Origin: Hyalangium minutum
GTDB lineage: Bacteria > Myxococcota > Myxococcia > Myxococcales > Myxococcaceae
Assembly (NCBI RefSeq): GCF_000737315.1
Contig: NZ_JMCB01000004.1
Span: forward strand, 20,001 to 268,000
Length of the DNA stretch: 248,000 bases
Reading direction: 5' to 3'
Position numbers and translations under genes: made by a program. The notes beneath the pieces are model-generated. The model was not told the DNA's origin. It made no database searches and was given only the letters and a program-made list of their open reading frames with translations. Positions 44,004 through 55,400 of the stretch are shown piece after piece. Position 1 is the stretch's first letter, and every line of letters starts with the position of its first letter.

Positions 44004-45835
44004 AGCTCTACCAGCAGCTGATCCTCTTCATGCTGGCAGCCACCGTCCTGCCCCTCGCGGTGGTGGGCTTCTACCTTTTGTCGAGCTCCGAGGCGGAGCT
44101 CGTCCGGCGCATCTCCAGCGAGCAACGCGCGCTGGCCGAGGCCTCCGCCGAGAGCGTGGGCAGCACGCTCATGAAGACCGTGGATGCCATGGCGCTGGTG
44201 GCCGAGTCCCTCGAGTGGGACGGTCTCAATGATGATGAGGCCCGTGGCGCGCTGACCCTGATCTTCCGCCAGTCCAACGCCGTGAGCGCGGTGATGCGGC
44301 TGGACTCCGCCGGCAAGCCCCTGGGCCAGCCCGTGTTCTACACCCAGGAGTCCAATGGCCACCCGGGCTTCGCCGAGGCCTCCCTGGAGACGCTCTCGCA
44401 GTCCGTGCCCGTGCAGACGCTGAAGCATGGAGACAAGGGCCAGGCGGCCCTGGGCCGCGTCTACGCCCACGCCCTCAGCGGGCATTCCGCCGTCGCCGTG
44501 GCCATCAAGCTGGGCGCTGGCGAGAATGCCTCGTTCGCCCTGGCCGAGATCGTCCTGAAGGACCTGGAAGACGTGCTGGCGCACAAGGCCAAGGACAGCG
44601 TGGGCCGGTTGGATCTGGTGGATAGCACCGGGCGCATCCTGGTGAGCTCCGAGCCCGAGCGGCGGCTCGCCATGCTGGAGGCCGCTGTCCAGGCCCAGCG
44701 GACCGCCGCCGCGGGAGAGATGGTCCGCAGCTTCCAGGTGGAGCAGCCCTCGCTCCGAGTGAGCGCGGCACGGGTGCCGCGGGCGCTGGACTTCGACGTG
44801 GTGGTCTCCGTGGACGAGGCCGTGGCCCTGGCCCCCGTCCGCACCATGCGCCACACGGTGCTGGGCTCCATTGGCGGCTCGTTCGCGGTGCTGTTGGCCC
44901 TGGGCGCGCTCTTCACCCGCCGCATCACCGCCCGGCTCTCCCAGGTCTCCTCCGCCGTCGAGGCCCTGGGGCGCGGCGAGCTGGATCGGCGCGTGAAGGT
45001 GGATGGCGATGACGAGATCAGCGCCCTGGCCTCCACCTTCAACATCATGGGCGCCGAGCTGGAGGCGGCCCGCGCTCGGCTCATGCGCTGGAACGATGAT
45101 CTGCGCGCCAAGGTGGATGAGGCCACGGCCGAGTTGAAGGCCGCCCAGGTTCAGTTGCTCGAGGCGCAGAAGCTGGCCGCCGTGGGCCAGTTGGGCGCCG
45201 GCGTGGCCCACGAGCTCAACAACCCGCTGGCCGGCATCCTCGGCTACGTGCAGCTCATGCTCATGAGCCGCAACGACAGCGACGATGACATGGACACGCT
45301 GCGGAAGATCGAGCAGAGCGCCAAGCGCTGCAAGGAGATCACCCAGAACCTCCTGCGCTTCTCCCAGCAGCGCGCCCGCGCGGACCTGCGTGCCGTGGAC
45401 CTGAACAACGTGGTGCGCGAGGCGCTCAGCCTCACCGAGAGCCAGATGAAGGGAGAGGGCGTCTCCCTCCAGATGGAGCTGGCGCCTCCCGTGCGCGTGA
45501 AGGCGGACCCCGCGCAGTCCACCCAGGTGGTGCTGGCCCTCGTGTCCAACGCCCGCACCGCCATGCTGAAGACGGGCTCCAAGGTCCTCACCCTCCGGAC
45601 GGGCGAGCGCGACGGCAAGGGCTTCATCGAAGTCGAGGACACCGGCAAGGGCATCCTCCCCGAGCACCGCCACCGCGTCTTCGAGCCCTTCTTCACCACC
45701 AAGGATGTGTGGTCCAATGTGGGGCTCGGGCTGTCGGTGGCCTACCGGATCGTGAGTGAAGCCGGCGGCACCATCGACATGCGGAGCGAGGTGGGCAAGG
45801 GATCGTGCTTCACCGTGTGGCTGACGAAGGCGTGA
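44000..45835 (+). CDS. Membrane HAMP histidine kinase
   Basis: Two TM segments, HAMP, HELNNP, GLGL. Confidence 0.9.
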   Translation: MKLYQQLILFMLAATVLPLAVVGFYLLSSSEAELVRRISSEQRALAEASAESVGSTLMKTVDAMALVAESLEWDGLNDDEARGALTLIFRQSNAVSAVMRLDSAGKPLGQPVFYTQESNGHPGFAEASLETLSQSVPVQTLKHGDKGQAALGRVYAHALSGHSAVAVAIKLGAGENASFALAEIVLKDLEDVLAHKAKDSVGRLDLVDSTGRILVSSEPERRLAMLEAAVQAQRTAAAGEMVRSFQVEQPSLRVSAARVPRALDFDVVVSVDEAVALAPVRTMRHTVLGSIGGSFAVLLALGALFTRRITARLSQVSSAVEALGRGELDRRVKVDGDDEISALASTFNIMGAELEAARARLMRWNDDLRAKVDEATAELKAAQVQLLEAQKLAAVGQLGAGVAHELNNPLAGILGYVQLMLMSRNDSDDDMDTLRKIEQSAKRCKEITQNLLRFSQQRARADLRAVDLNNVVREALSLTESQMKGEGVSLQMELAPPVRVKADPAQSTQVVLALVSNARTAMLKTGSKVLTLRTGERDGKGFIEVEDTGKGILPEHRHRVFEPFFTTKDVWSNVGLGLSVAYRIVSEAGGTIDMRSEVGKGSCFTVWLTKA

Positions 45836-45872
45836 GCCTCGCCCGCGCGTGCGGTAGCCTTGCGACAACACA

Positions 45873-46856
45873 ATGGCTGGAAATTCTCCCCCCAGGCGCC
45901 AGGCGCCCTTCATCCTCGGGCTCGTCCTGATCCTCGCGGCGCTGCCGCTGGGGTACTTCGTGTTTCTCCACCAGCCTCCGCCGCCTCCCGTGGCGCCTCC
46001 GCCGCCGCCACCGCCGCCCGCGGTCGTCGAGCAGAAGGCTCCGGAGAAGCCCCAGGAACTGACGATCACCGATGTGAAGGGTGACGTCGAGGTCCGGCGC
46101 GCGGACGGCACGTGGGAGCCGGTGAAGCCCGGCCGCAAGCTGCTCCCTTCAGAGGTGCTGCGCACCAAGGACGGCGGGACGGCGTCTCTCCGTGGCGACG
46201 CCGCGGACGTGACAGTGGAGCCCAGCTCCGAGATGTCGATGGAGGAGATCTCCGCCACCGCGACCCGGTTCCTGCTCGTCAACGGTATGGCGACCGCCGA
46301 GGTGCACTCGGGCGTCCGGCACACCTTGGTGATGCGCGCCACGGGCAGTGATGCCGTGGCGACCACCACCGCAGGCAAGTTCGCCATGAGCAACAACGGC
46401 GCGGGCACCGTCGCCGTCGGCACGCAGGCGGGTGAGGTCACCTTCCAGGGCAACGGGAAGATCGTCATCGTCCGCGCCGGCCAGCAGTCCGTGGTGCGGC
46501 CGGGCTCCAGCGGCCCCTCCGAGCCGGTGAACATTCCCTCCAGCCTGCTGCGCAAGGTGCAGTGGCCCTCGGCGCGGCAGAACAAGCGCGAGATCATCGT
46601 TCAGGGCGAGGCCGAGCCCGGCACCCGCCTGGAGATCGGCGGACAGACGTTCTCTCCGGGCCAGGACGGCGTCTTCACTCGCACCGTGTCCCTGAAGGAA
46701 GGGGAGAACGACGTGAAGCTCAAGGTCTCCTCCGTGGGCGGCAACCAGGAGGAGGCGAGCCAGAAGTTCCACGTCGACACCCAGGCTCCCAAGTTCAAGG
46801 TGAAGATCCCCTGGAATAACGCAGGGGGTCAGACTTCACCCAATCCGAATCCCTGA
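45873..46856 (+). CDS. FecR-domain membrane protein with C-terminal Ig-like domain
   Basis: TM, FecR-like VKGDVEV..LRT, Ig-like tail. Confidence 0.7.
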   Translation: MAGNSPPRRQAPFILGLVLILAALPLGYFVFLHQPPPPPVAPPPPPPPPAVVEQKAPEKPQELTITDVKGDVEVRRADGTWEPVKPGRKLLPSEVLRTKDGGTASLRGDAADVTVEPSSEMSMEEISATATRFLLVNGMATAEVHSGVRHTLVMRATGSDAVATTTAGKFAMSNNGAGTVAVGTQAGEVTFQGNGKIVIVRAGQQSVVRPGSSGPSEPVNIPSSLLRKVQWPSARQNKREIIVQGEAEPGTRLEIGGQTFSPGQDGVFTRTVSLKEGENDVKLKVSSVGGNQEEASQKFHVDTQAPKFKVKIPWNNAGGQTSPNPNP

Positions 46857-46948
46857 AGCGCATGACGCCTCGGCGCTGCCAGCCGAGTTCCCGCCCTGCG
46901 AGATAGGATTTCTGGGATTCCGGAGGGGATTGTAGAGTCGGAGACAAT

Positions 46949-48886
46949 CTGAACCGGCTTGCTCCAGTCCTGCTCCTACTGCTCGCTCCGGCAGCGCTGG
47001 CGGATACGCTCGAAATCCTCGGGCCTTCCGAGGCCGTGCCGCCGGAGGGCTTTGCCGTGGCGCTCGTGCGGCGCGACGCGGTGGGGGCCCCTGCTTCTCT
47101 GGAGGCCCCGGTGCTGTCCGCCGAGGGCGCTGAGGTTCGCGCTGGAGCTCCGCAGCCGCCGCTGAGCACCTTCCTCGTCCAGCCCCAGCCGGGCGCTCGG
47201 ACCGTGGTGCTGCACGCTCGCTCCGGCTCGCTGCAGGCCGAAGCGCGGTATGCCATTGGCCCTCCGGTCTCCGCTGTCACCTTGGCGCTCGAGCCCGCCA
47301 CTCCCGTGAAGGGACGGGACAAGGAAGCCACCCTCACCGTGCGGCTGCTGCGGCCGGATGGGACGCCGGATGATTCCGGTGCGCCGCCCGTGGTGCGCTC
47401 GAACGTGGGCCGCGTGGAGGCGCTCTCGAGGACGGGGCCCGGCACGTACCGCGCCCGCTACGTGCTGCCCTCCACGAGCTACCCGGAGGTGGCCGTCCTC
47501 GTGGCGCTCTCGGCATGGCCGCACCCGCAGTCCATCTATGGCGCGTTCGGGAAGATGCTCGTCCCGCTGGCGGCGGCCGTGGATCTGCCGGGCGAGACGG
47601 AGCCGGATGCGCAGATCTCCATCACCATCGCCGGGAAGACGTATGGCCCGGCGCAGGCCGGCAGGGATGGGAGCTTCCAGCTCCCGGTGATCGTCCCTCC
47701 TGGGTTTCCGTTCGGACAGGGGCGCGTGGTGGACAGGGCGGGCAACGTCCGGCGCACGCCCATCGATCTCGGCGTGCCTCCCACGGATGGCCTGGCCTGC
47801 GTGCTCAACCCAACGCGGCTGCCCGCGGATGGGGCCTCGCGCGCGCGGCTGCTGTGCGCGGCGAGTGATCGGCTGGGCCGGCTCATGCCGGATGCCCGCG
47901 TCACCGCGAAGCCGCGCTACGGAACGCTGCGAGGGCCCCAGCGCGCCGAGGGCGGTCTGCTCGAGTGGATCTACACGGCGCCTCGGGAGCTCCCCACGGA
48001 GCCCGAGCGCATCCTGGCGGCGTGGCCCCAGGGCGGCTCGAACTCTCGGGAGGAGCTGACGCTCCAGCTGGTCCAGGGGCCGGTGGAGAAGGTCTCCGTG
48101 TCCATGGCCGAGCCGCTCGTGCACCACGGCGCCGAGGTGCCGCTGGCCGTCGAGGTGGAGGATGCCTTCGGCCGGCGCCGCCCGGGTGCCCAGGTGGTGC
48201 TCAGCGTTCCCGAGGGGACAGCCTCTCCGCTGAAGGAAGAGCGCCCGGGAACGTTCCGAGGCACGTGGACACTGCCCGCCGAGGGGCCGGGCGGGGAGGG
48301 CGTCGTACAGGTGCGCGCGTTTGGCCCCGTTGGCAGCGAGCCCGCTCGCCTCAGTGCGTGGGTCCGGGACGGAGAGCTGTTCGTAGGCGTGTCGGATCTG
48401 GCCGGCCTGCCCATCCCCGCGCAGCCGTTGAAGGTGGGCGGTGAGCAGCGCGAGACGGGAGCGGATGGCACGGTGAGCCTGGGCCTGCTGCGCCCCGGCC
48501 GGGTCGAGGTCGTCCACGGCATCTGGCCCGGGCTGCGCAAGGTGATTCATGTGCTGGGCTCCAGCGGCCCGGTGTATCCGCAGGACCTCCCGCTGGTGCC
48601 CGCTCCCGTGGAGAAGAAGGTGAGCATCGAGGCCTTCATCCCCGTGAACGTGCGGCTCCAGGTGGAGGGCTCTCGGGTGACGTACTGGGCGGAGGATCTC
48701 CGCGGGAACGTGCTCCCTCAGCGCCCCCTGCATGTGGCGCTCTCTTCCGGACGCCAGGAGGCGGTGGAGAAGCTCCGTGACGGGAAGATCCGGTTCACCG
48801 TCGCAGGCGCCCGGCCCGGGCGGGTCAGCGTGTCCGTGGCGGATGTGCAGACGGGGATGACGGCTGTGGCCGAGGTGAAGCCGTGA
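46949..48886 (+). CDS. Secreted multi-Ig/invasin-like protein
   Basis: In-frame signal peptide upstream of track start; beta-rich; YGP...VPPG segment. Confidence 0.65.
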   Translation: MNRLAPVLLLLLAPAALADTLEILGPSEAVPPEGFAVALVRRDAVGAPASLEAPVLSAEGAEVRAGAPQPPLSTFLVQPQPGARTVVLHARSGSLQAEARYAIGPPVSAVTLALEPATPVKGRDKEATLTVRLLRPDGTPDDSGAPPVVRSNVGRVEALSRTGPGTYRARYVLPSTSYPEVAVLVALSAWPHPQSIYGAFGKMLVPLAAAVDLPGETEPDAQISITIAGKTYGPAQAGRDGSFQLPVIVPPGFPFGQGRVVDRAGNVRRTPIDLGVPPTDGLACVLNPTRLPADGASRARLLCAASDRLGRLMPDARVTAKPRYGTLRGPQRAEGGLLEWIYTAPRELPTEPERILAAWPQGGSNSREELTLQLVQGPVEKVSVSMAEPLVHHGAEVPLAVEVEDAFGRRRPGAQVVLSVPEGTASPLKEERPGTFRGTWTLPAEGPGGEGVVQVRAFGPVGSEPARLSAWVRDGELFVGVSDLAGLPIPAQPLKVGGEQRETGADGTVSLGLLRPGRVEVVHGIWPGLRKVIHVLGSSGPVYPQDLPLVPAPVEKKVSIEAFIPVNVRLQVEGSRVTYWAEDLRGNVLPQRPLHVALSSGRQEAVEKLRDGKIRFTVAGARPGRVSVSVADVQTGMTAVAEVKP

Positions 48887-51800
48887 GGTGGATCGCCTGC
48901 ATGCTCGGCGTCGTGCTCCTGCCCTGGACCGTCCGGGCGCAGGGCGGGGTGGAGGATCCACCGGCGCTCTCGTCCACGGTGGCCGGGCGCGTGTGTGACG
49001 ATCGCGATGGAGATGGGCGCTGCGCTCCGGACGAGCCGGGCCTGGCCGGGGTGCGGCTGGTGCTCGCCACGGGCAGCGAGGTGCGGACGGATGCGCAGGG
49101 GCGCTACCACCTCACGGGCGTGGACTCGCGCACCCCAGACCGGACGGGCGGCGTGCACCTGCGGCCGGGGCGCCACCGCCTGCGCGTGGATCCGCGTACC
49201 TTGCCGCCCGGGAGCAGGCCGAGCCCCGAGGCCGTCACGGTGGAGGTGCCCTGGGGCGCCGTGGTGCTGCAGGACTTCGCGATCCGCGTCCGCGTGGAGT
49301 CCGTGAGGGCTCTGGCACCCCCGCCCGCCGAGGCCCCTCCCCAGGCGGAGATCCGAGATGAGGGCCTCGCCTTCGTCGTGACGGGGCAGGCCTCGCCGGG
49401 CGATCGCGTGCGCGTTGCGGACACCGAGGCCGAGGTGTCCGCGGATGGAATCTACCGCGCGACCGTGATGCTCGGGCCCGGAGAGAACGTGCTCTCCATC
49501 ACCGCGACCTCGCCGGGCGGAACAGCGCGCTTCTTCCGCCAGCGCGTCGATGCCGTACGGCGGCAGGGCAGTTGGCTCATCGCTCCCCGCGCCATCGAGC
49601 CTCAGGGCGTGCTGCGGCTGCCGGCCGGGCCCGAAGAGGAGGTGCCCAGCGGCATGGCCTCTCTGCGCGTGGAGGCTCCCAAGGGAACGCGCGTGCGCTC
49701 GCCTCAAGGTGAGGTAACGGTGGGGCCCCAGGGTGAGGCCGAAGTGCCGGTGACCCTCACGCCCGGGCGGAACACGGTGGCTCTCGAGCTGGAGCGGCCG
49801 GGTGAGGCGGCCCGGAAGGAGACGCTGGAGATCGTCGCCGCAGCACGGCCCTTCGCCGTGGGGTTACTGGATCTCGAGGGCGCATACTCGCTCGGCGAGG
49901 GGGACTTCCAGCTCCACGGGCGTGGCGCGGCCCATGTGGAGGCCCAGCTGGGTCAGCTTCAGCTGCTCGGTGAGGTGGACCTGCGCGACACGGACTTCCG
50001 GGCGCTCCACTCTCGGGATGCGTCGTCCTGGCTGCGGCCCCGCTTACCCGAGCGCTTCGAGCGCAGCCTGGACCCGGAGCGGGCCATCAACGAGTGGGGA
50101 GATAACTCCGTTTCCCTGGCGCCCAACGCCTCCGAGGGCCGTCTGCGCCTGGAGGCCCGGCATGAGGCGTTCGGGCGCGCGGGCCTCGGGACATACCGGG
50201 CCCTCATGGCCGAGGGCGAGGTGGGCCGCTACTACCAGCCTCTCTTTGGACCCTTCGCGGAGCTGAGGACGGAGGCGGGCCCCGTCCGCGTGGGCGTGAA
50301 CGCGTTCGCGGGCAGCCTCTCGGATCCCGTGCGGGGCCTGTCCTCCAAGCCCGCCCACGAGGAGCTGCGGGCCACTGGCGGCAGCCTCTACTTCCTGGGC
50401 GCGACGGCCATCGCGGAGGGCTCCGAGTTGCTGCGCGTGGAGCTGCGGGACGGGCTCACCGGACTGCCCCTGGCCGAGCAGCACCTGGTGCGCGGCAAGG
50501 ACTACGAGATCGATTACCTCGCGGGGCGCATCTTCCTGGCGCGGCCGCTGTCGTTCCTGGCGGGCGGCCCGTGGCTGCGCACCGATGCGCTGACGGCGGC
50601 TCCCGAGCCCGTGCTTGTCGCCGACTACGCCGCGCTCGAGCTGTCGGGCTCTCGGGACTCGGCCGGTGGCGAGGCTTGGGCGGAGTGGGGTGGTTCGCGC
50701 GTGTCTCTCTCTGGAGTGCGCGAGCGCCGCGCGGGGGCTCCTTATGGGCTCTTCTCTGGGCGGGCGCGGAGCAAGCTGGCGGGCTACACGCTGGAGGCCG
50801 AGGCGGCTCGCAGCTCCGGGCTGGCCATCTCGCCCGAGGTGTTCGGTGTCTCGGACGACGGCGGAATCACGTACCTGCGGCCCACGAGGGACCTGGCCAC
50901 AGGCGGCGACGCGCTCGGTGTCCGGGTGCATGGCCCAGGGCCGCTTGGAGGCGGCTCGGTGGACGCGGCGTTCCGGTGGCGGGACCGTGGCTTCTCCGAT
51001 GGCGCGCACACCGAGACCGCGCTCTTCCGGCAGCTCTCCCTGCGCGCCTCGCAGCCGGTGGGGGCTTTCCGCCTCACGCTGCTCGGGGATGATCGGACCA
51101 CCGCGGATCCGCGCTTGCCGTTTGCTTCCACCTCCATCTCCGCGCGCACACTGGGTCTGGGCGCCGCGTACGAGCGCGAGGACTGGAGCGTCCGTCTGGA
51201 GCTGAGGGACGCGTGGCTCCGCGCCTCCGAGCTGGCAGGGGAGGGGATCGCGCTGGAGGGTGGACGGACCTCGGTGGGCCTCCAGGGGCGTTTGCGCGTG
51301 CACGAGCGCGTGGTGCTCACGGCGGGGCATCGGCAAGCGCTCCTGATGCGCGGCGCGGGGTTGGGCAGTGTGGATGACTCGTTTGCTTCGGCGGGCGTGG
51401 ACGTGCAGCTGGACGAGGACACCACCGTGGGCGTCCGCGGCGGCTGGGGGCCGGAGCTGGGCCCGCAAGTCTGGGCGAACGCCGCCGTGCGCCGCGGGCC
51501 CGAGGTCTTCTATGGCGGCTACTCGGCGGACGTGGACGGTCCGGACTTCGGGGCGGGCCGCGCCGTCATGGGGGCTCGGACCGAGCTGGACGATGGGACG
51601 AGCGTCTTCGTGGAGGACGTCAGCGCGCACGATGCGAACGCGGTGCGGCAGGCCCGTGCGGTGGGCTTCCAGCAGGCCCTCTTCGGCGGGCTCCAGGTGG
51701 GGGGCCGCTACGAGCGCGGCGTCCGCCACCCGCTGGATCTGCCCTCTTCGCTGACGCGGGACAGCGGTGGGCTGTTCGGGCAGCTCGTGCGCGAGCGCTT

Positions 51801-52464
51801 CCGCGTGGACGGCCGGGCGGAGCTGCGCCGCGAGCGGGGCACGCCCGTGCGCGGGGCACAGGTGCCGGTGGATCGGGTGCAGGCGGTGGTGGCGCTCGCC
51901 GCCGAGGCGCTGCTGCGCGAGGACCTGAGCCTCTCCGGGCGCGTGAACTTCGCTCGCACTGTGGGTGGGGAACAGCTGGAGGAACGGCTGCTGGAGGGGT
52001 CGGCCGGCGCGGCATGGAGGCCCGGCCCGTTCCTCCTCGTGGCGCGCTACAGTGTCACCCGCGAGCTGCTCCCGGGGGAGCGGGGCGCCTTCGGCGATCG
52101 GGCCTTGCAGGTCCTCTCGTTGTTGCCGGCGGTCCGGCTCGGAGATCGGCTGGCGGTGGCGGCCGGGGTGCACGCGGGGCGCTCGAGCCTGGGCGGCACG
52201 GCGGCCTGGGGCGTGACGGGGACGTTGCGGCCCTCCGTGCGGGTGGTCGGGGGTCTGGAAACGGCGGTGGAGGTCGCACGGCGGACAGCGGCGAGTGACG
52301 GTGGCGCGCTGAGCTCGCTACGGGCCGAGGTGGGGTATCGGGTGGACGAAGGCCTGCGGTTCGCCGCAGGCTACACGGTGTTGGGTTTCAGCGGCCTCGG
52401 GCTGTCTGGAGAGACGACGGATGAGTCGAACCGGCTCTACCTCCGAGCAGAGATCGCCTACTGA
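48883..52464 (+). CDS. Large secreted/outer-membrane protein (SdrD-B-like N domain, barrel-like C region)
   Basis: Signal peptide, DDRDGDG Ca-type motif, C-terminal LRAEIAY. Confidence 0.6.
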   Translation: MRWIACMLGVVLLPWTVRAQGGVEDPPALSSTVAGRVCDDRDGDGRCAPDEPGLAGVRLVLATGSEVRTDAQGRYHLTGVDSRTPDRTGGVHLRPGRHRLRVDPRTLPPGSRPSPEAVTVEVPWGAVVLQDFAIRVRVESVRALAPPPAEAPPQAEIRDEGLAFVVTGQASPGDRVRVADTEAEVSADGIYRATVMLGPGENVLSITATSPGGTARFFRQRVDAVRRQGSWLIAPRAIEPQGVLRLPAGPEEEVPSGMASLRVEAPKGTRVRSPQGEVTVGPQGEAEVPVTLTPGRNTVALELERPGEAARKETLEIVAAARPFAVGLLDLEGAYSLGEGDFQLHGRGAAHVEAQLGQLQLLGEVDLRDTDFRALHSRDASSWLRPRLPERFERSLDPERAINEWGDNSVSLAPNASEGRLRLEARHEAFGRAGLGTYRALMAEGEVGRYYQPLFGPFAELRTEAGPVRVGVNAFAGSLSDPVRGLSSKPAHEELRATGGSLYFLGATAIAEGSELLRVELRDGLTGLPLAEQHLVRGKDYEIDYLAGRIFLARPLSFLAGGPWLRTDALTAAPEPVLVADYAALELSGSRDSAGGEAWAEWGGSRVSLSGVRERRAGAPYGLFSGRARSKLAGYTLEAEAARSSGLAISPEVFGVSDDGGITYLRPTRDLATGGDALGVRVHGPGPLGGGSVDAAFRWRDRGFSDGAHTETALFRQLSLRASQPVGAFRLTLLGDDRTTADPRLPFASTSISARTLGLGAAYEREDWSVRLELRDAWLRASELAGEGIALEGGRTSVGLQGRLRVHERVVLTAGHRQALLMRGAGLGSVDDSFASAGVDVQLDEDTTVGVRGGWGPELGPQVWANAAVRRGPEVFYGGYSADVDGPDFGAGRAVMGARTELDDGTSVFVEDVSAHDANAVRQARAVGFQQALFGGLQVGGRYERGVRHPLDLPSSLTRDSGGLFGQLVRERFRVDGRAELRRERGTPVRGAQVPVDRVQAVVALAAEALLREDLSLSGRVNFARTVGGEQLEERLLEGSAGAAWRPGPFLLVARYSVTRELLPGERGAFGDRALQVLSLLPAVRLGDRLAVAAGVHAGRSSLGGTAAWGVTGTLRPSVRVVGGLETAVEVARRTAASDGGALSSLRAEVGYRVDEGLRFAAGYTVLGFSGLGLSGETTDESNRLYLRAEIAY

Positions 52465-55400
52465 GTGGAGGCCTCGGGTGAGGCTCGCCTTGATGGCGGG
52501 CCTGCTGCTGACGGTGGCCACCACGGCCAGCGCCAGCTGGACAGTGAAGGACGTCCCCGGCACTCCGAATGACGTGGAGGTGTGGGACGACACGCGCTTC
52601 TCCGTGTCGACCAGCACGGGGGCCTATCTGTACAGCACGGATGGGGGGACGCTCGCGAGCCTCTCCACAGGCCCCTCCACAGGCACCTACCTCACGGGCA
52701 ATGGATGTTTTGCCAGCTTCGTGAGCAACGATTCCGTGGTGTCTCCGGCGAACTGTGCCGGCGCGGACAACGTGCTCGGTGATAACCGGCTCGCGGGTCC
52801 CAAGGTGAAGGCCACCGAGACAGGGGCCTTCTACGCGTTGGTCCAGGAGCCTGACCTCGGTGCCGCACGGGTCGCTTTCGGGCCTCCCGGCAGCTTCGAG
52901 GCGAGGCCCTGGCGCTCGTATCAACTGTTTTCGGGAACGGCGATGGCCTTGGGGGTGGCGCACCACGGAGCTGCGGAGCATGCGCTGGCTGCGGTGAGCT
53001 TCCTGCGCGACGTGAACCTGCACTGGTTGATCGATGGTTCCCCCGCTGGCACCCCGATCACCCCCCTCAACGATGGAAGCTTCCCGCCCAAGGAGGTACA
53101 GACCATCGACTTGTTCCCCACGGGGCGCGCCGATCCCACGGCCCTGCTCGGCTGGAACAATGGGCTCTACCGAGGGGAGCTGAGCCGCGGCCCCGGTGCG
53201 AATGTCTCCTTCGGGGAGGTCCCCCTGCCTGGGGGCCCGGGCCTGGTCACGGCCCTGGATGTGAACACCGGAGTGGGGGCTCAGCACGGCGATGGCTTCG
53301 GCATGGCCACGGTCCGGCGCTCGGGCGGTGTCGCCCTGTTGAGGACGGTGCCGACAACTCGGCCCCAGGACATTGGGACCCAGTGGGTGGCGAGCACGCC
53401 GGTACCCGCATTGTCCTCGTTGCTCAGCCCGAGGTACCTGGAGTGCCAGGGCGCGAAGCTGTGCGTCGTCGCGCAGACCACCGCCAATACGGGCAACGTC
53501 TTCGTCTACATCAATGACGCGCCTCCGCAGCTCATGGTGGGGACGGGGCAGGCCGAGCCGTTCATCCTGCCCGAGCGCACGAGCCGCACCGTCAACGTGA
53601 GCGCCCCGGACTCGGATGGGGATCCGGTCCGGCTGGAGGTGTCGCCGAGCAGCGTGTCGCTCCCGGGCCTCACCATGACGCCGACGGTGGTGGGTGGAGG
53701 CGTGGACCTGGCGATCACCGCGGGCGCCGTCTGCGCGACCATTTCCCAGCCGCTCACGATCACCGCGACCGACGGCCTGGATGGTCACGCGGTGGTCCGG
53801 AACTATCTGCTCCAGGTGCAGCACACCCTCCAGCCCAATGCGCCCGTGATCACGCCGCAGGAGCAGCCGGGCCCCATTCCGGCGGGCAGTGGGCGTCGGA
53901 CCTTCAAGGCCAGCCAGACGAACGCCGGGTGCGTCATCCGCGAGTACCGGTGGACGCCGCTGTCTCCGGGCGCTCCCCCGCTCGAGCTGAGCGGAGCGGA
54001 CAAGTCGACCGCGGTCTTCGACTCGCCCCAGATTTTGTGCAATCCGCTGGGTGAGACCCACCGCTACCTCGTGGAGGCCGTCGACGAGGGCGGGTTGGTG
54101 TCCCAGCCTACCGACCTCACCCTCCAGGTGTTGCCGTGGGGGGCCCCGAGCCCGCCGCTCGCGCCCAACACGCAGGTGACGGTGGTCGCGGGGGACACGG
54201 CGAGTGGGCCCGTGTGGCTGAGGCCCGCTGCACCCGTCCACCCCTGCGAGGGGAGCAACGGCTTCCCGGGCGTAGAGACCGTGTGGGAGCTCGCGGACGG
54301 TCAGCCGCCTCCCCCAGGAGTCCGGCTGGTGACCCAGGACGGCACGCGCATCACGGGCTCCAGAGTCGTGACGCCGGAGCTCGGCATTGAAGCGGACGAG
54401 TGCATCGACGCCGAGTTCTCCATCGACGTGCAGCACTTCACGGCCGGGGCGCCGGGGCCTGCCAGCGCCGTGTCTCGGGTGCTCGTGAAGGTGCAGAGCC
54501 ACTTGAACCCGGTCTCCGAGGGCACGGTGACGCTCACCCCGACCCTCACGACCGCGGAGTCCGTGGCCGGCATCGCGGGCGTGACGGGGATCCAGTGCCT
54601 CGACCAGCGCACGGAGCGGCTTCAGGCGCGCCTGACCTTGAAGCAGGGGGGCATGGTGATCCGCGAGGCGACGGTTCCCGTGCCGGGGCCCTGGCAGTTC
54701 ACGCTGGGAGAGGCGTGCTTCGGAGCCACCTACCAGCTCGAGGGCGAGCTGCTGGCTGGAAAGAACTCGGGCTCTGGGGTGCTGCCGGGTGGACCGCAGT
54801 CGGTGGTGGTGCGTGAGGACATCTCCGTGCCTCCCGTTGAGAGGGTGACGCTGGAGCCCATGGAGGCTCCGCACTTGACGGCCCAGTGTGGCCAGCCGGC
54901 CACCGGCACGCTGGAGCAGCGTCCCCTGGCGCCGTGCGCGGAGCTGCCGGTGTCCTGGGAGCAGGTGGGCGGACCCGCGCTCACGGAGGCCTCCTTCACC
55001 GGCCAGCGGATCGATGTAGCCACGCAGGAAGCGGACTTCGGGGCGCTCATCGGCCAGCAGGTGGTGATGCGCATGCGCGCCCGGACGATGCAGGAGACCT
55101 CGCTGGATCAGGAGATTCCCATCACCGTGGAGCCCTTCGTCGAGCTGCAGCGCCGCACCGAGCGGGGCACGGGCACCGACACGGGGCTCGTGGGCGTGTC
55201 CGTGGAGTTGCGCAACACCACGGCGTGCGGCGTGAGCGAGGTGGAGCACTGGGAGCGCCTCGAGGGCATGGACTACCAGCCTGGCAGCGCGCGCTTCAAC
55301 GGCACACCCGTGGAGGCCGAGCTGGACGGGGACGTGCTCAAGATGAAGGGGCTCGTGCTGGAGGGCGGCAGCTTGGGCCAGCTCACCTACGTGGTGCGCC